NCBI GenBank assembly: GCA_902605365.1
Contig: CACLCM010000005.1
Location: forward strand, 3,759-67,758
Direction of reading: 5' to 3'
From: an uncultured Candidatus Poseidoniales archaeon
GTDB taxonomy: Archaea > Thermoplasmatota > Poseidoniia > Poseidoniales > Poseidoniaceae
Length of the DNA: 64,000 bases
Position 1 is the stretch's first letter, and each line of letters starts with the position of its first letter. Under the pieces are notes generated by a model that worked only from the letters and a program-made list of their open reading frames with translations, had not been told where the DNA came from and searched no databases. Made by a program: the position numbers and the translations under genes. Below, in pieces: positions 63,411 through 64,000 of this stretch.

Positions 63411-64000
63411 CAGGCATTCCTCCTGTTTTCGATTAATGCTTCTAATGAGGCATTGAATGTGGCCATATGGCCTTCGTTACGTACCAAATCGAGTACTGTA
63501 CGCATGAATGCGATTCCGTCTGTTTCTCCATCGACCCAGACTCGTCCATTTTCTGCCACAATAATACGGCAGTCACTAGCTTCTTTCAGTTGACGTAGTG
63601 TTGAATCTGCGTCTCCTCTCAAGCGTGAAATATGATTCATTGAAATTTCGGACATAATTCCTTCCTTTAGTCGGCGTAGTCCCACACCTTTCATCGTCAA
63701 CACGATGTTGTGCGCTTCATCGACTTCCTGTACACGGGCTAACATTACATCGCCAATGTCCATCTGCTCACGAGCAGCGCCAAATTCTACCTTCCAAGGT
63801 GCTAATGACATTGGTAGTAGTCCATTGAATGGTCCGTTAACATCTGCGAACCAGAGATTATTACGCACACTTTCGACAACCCCGATGACTAGGTCACCAG
63901 ATCTTGGCATGTATGCTGCGTGAATCGGGTCTACCGATGTCACACCATTGTTTTCTTTAGCCCACCCGACTCGGGTTGCTATGAGTTTGTCACCCATGAT
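63410..64000 (-). CDS. rrp4: Exosome RNA-binding subunit Rrp4 (probably 5'-partial)
   Basis: YMPRSGDLVIG (S1 domain) and IIVAENGRVWV (KH domain). The frame is open to the window edge. Confidence 0.92.
   Translation of the reverse strand: MMGDKLIATRVGWAKENNGVTSVDPIHAAYMPRSGDLVIGVVESVRNNLWFADVNGPFNGLLPMSLAPWKVEFGAAREQMDIGDVMLARVQEVDEAHNIVLTMKGVGLRRLKEGIMSEISMNHISRLRGDADSTLRQLKEASDCRIIVAENGRVWVDGETDGIAFMRTVLDLVRNEGHMATFNASLEALIENRRNA

Overview
This is a gene-dense archaeal chromosome segment. It most likely comes from a Marine Group II euryarchaeote (Ca. Poseidoniales, Thermoplasmatota). That assignment is inferred from the archaeal informational genes, the GGAGG/GGTGA ribosome-binding sites and the MGII-style surface proteins. 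The core genes are the exosome superoperon (rrp4-rrp41-rrp42-rpl37ae-pcc1-pfdB-DHH), rps12-rps7, aEF-2, aIF-5A, DUF106-cmk-cbf5, trmY, coaBC, kptA, a GPN GTPase, argF and three tRNAs (Glu-CTC, His-GTG, Gln-TTG). Isoprenoid and lipid genes are abundant: DGGGP synthase, thiolase plus a DUF35 protein, isopentenyl phosphate kinase, a type-1 IDI/GGPP-synthase fusion and a UbiD decarboxylase. A bacterial-type delta-9 fatty acid desaturase lies between rps7 and EF-2. A variable region between the tRNA-His and tRNA-Gln 3' ends holds orphan archaellin-like genes, zinc-finger proteins, a flavoprotein operon and surface proteins. The most notable observations are five. (1) A MamK-like actin with a Zn-ribbon/TerB-like neighbour. 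(2) A cytoplasmic 988-aa protein with PPGMPP repeats, beta-sandwich domains, an EF-hand loop and a Zn ribbon. (3) Unrelated membrane proteins that share Trp-rich cytoplasmic tails. (4) A candidate histone-fold protein with a basic tail. (5) Two candidate structured RNAs. Items 1-3 together hint at a eukaryote-like membrane/cytoskeleton interaction module, which is a hypothesis only. No integrase, transposase or CRISPR array was seen. All family calls come from motif recognition by eye; no database searches were run.
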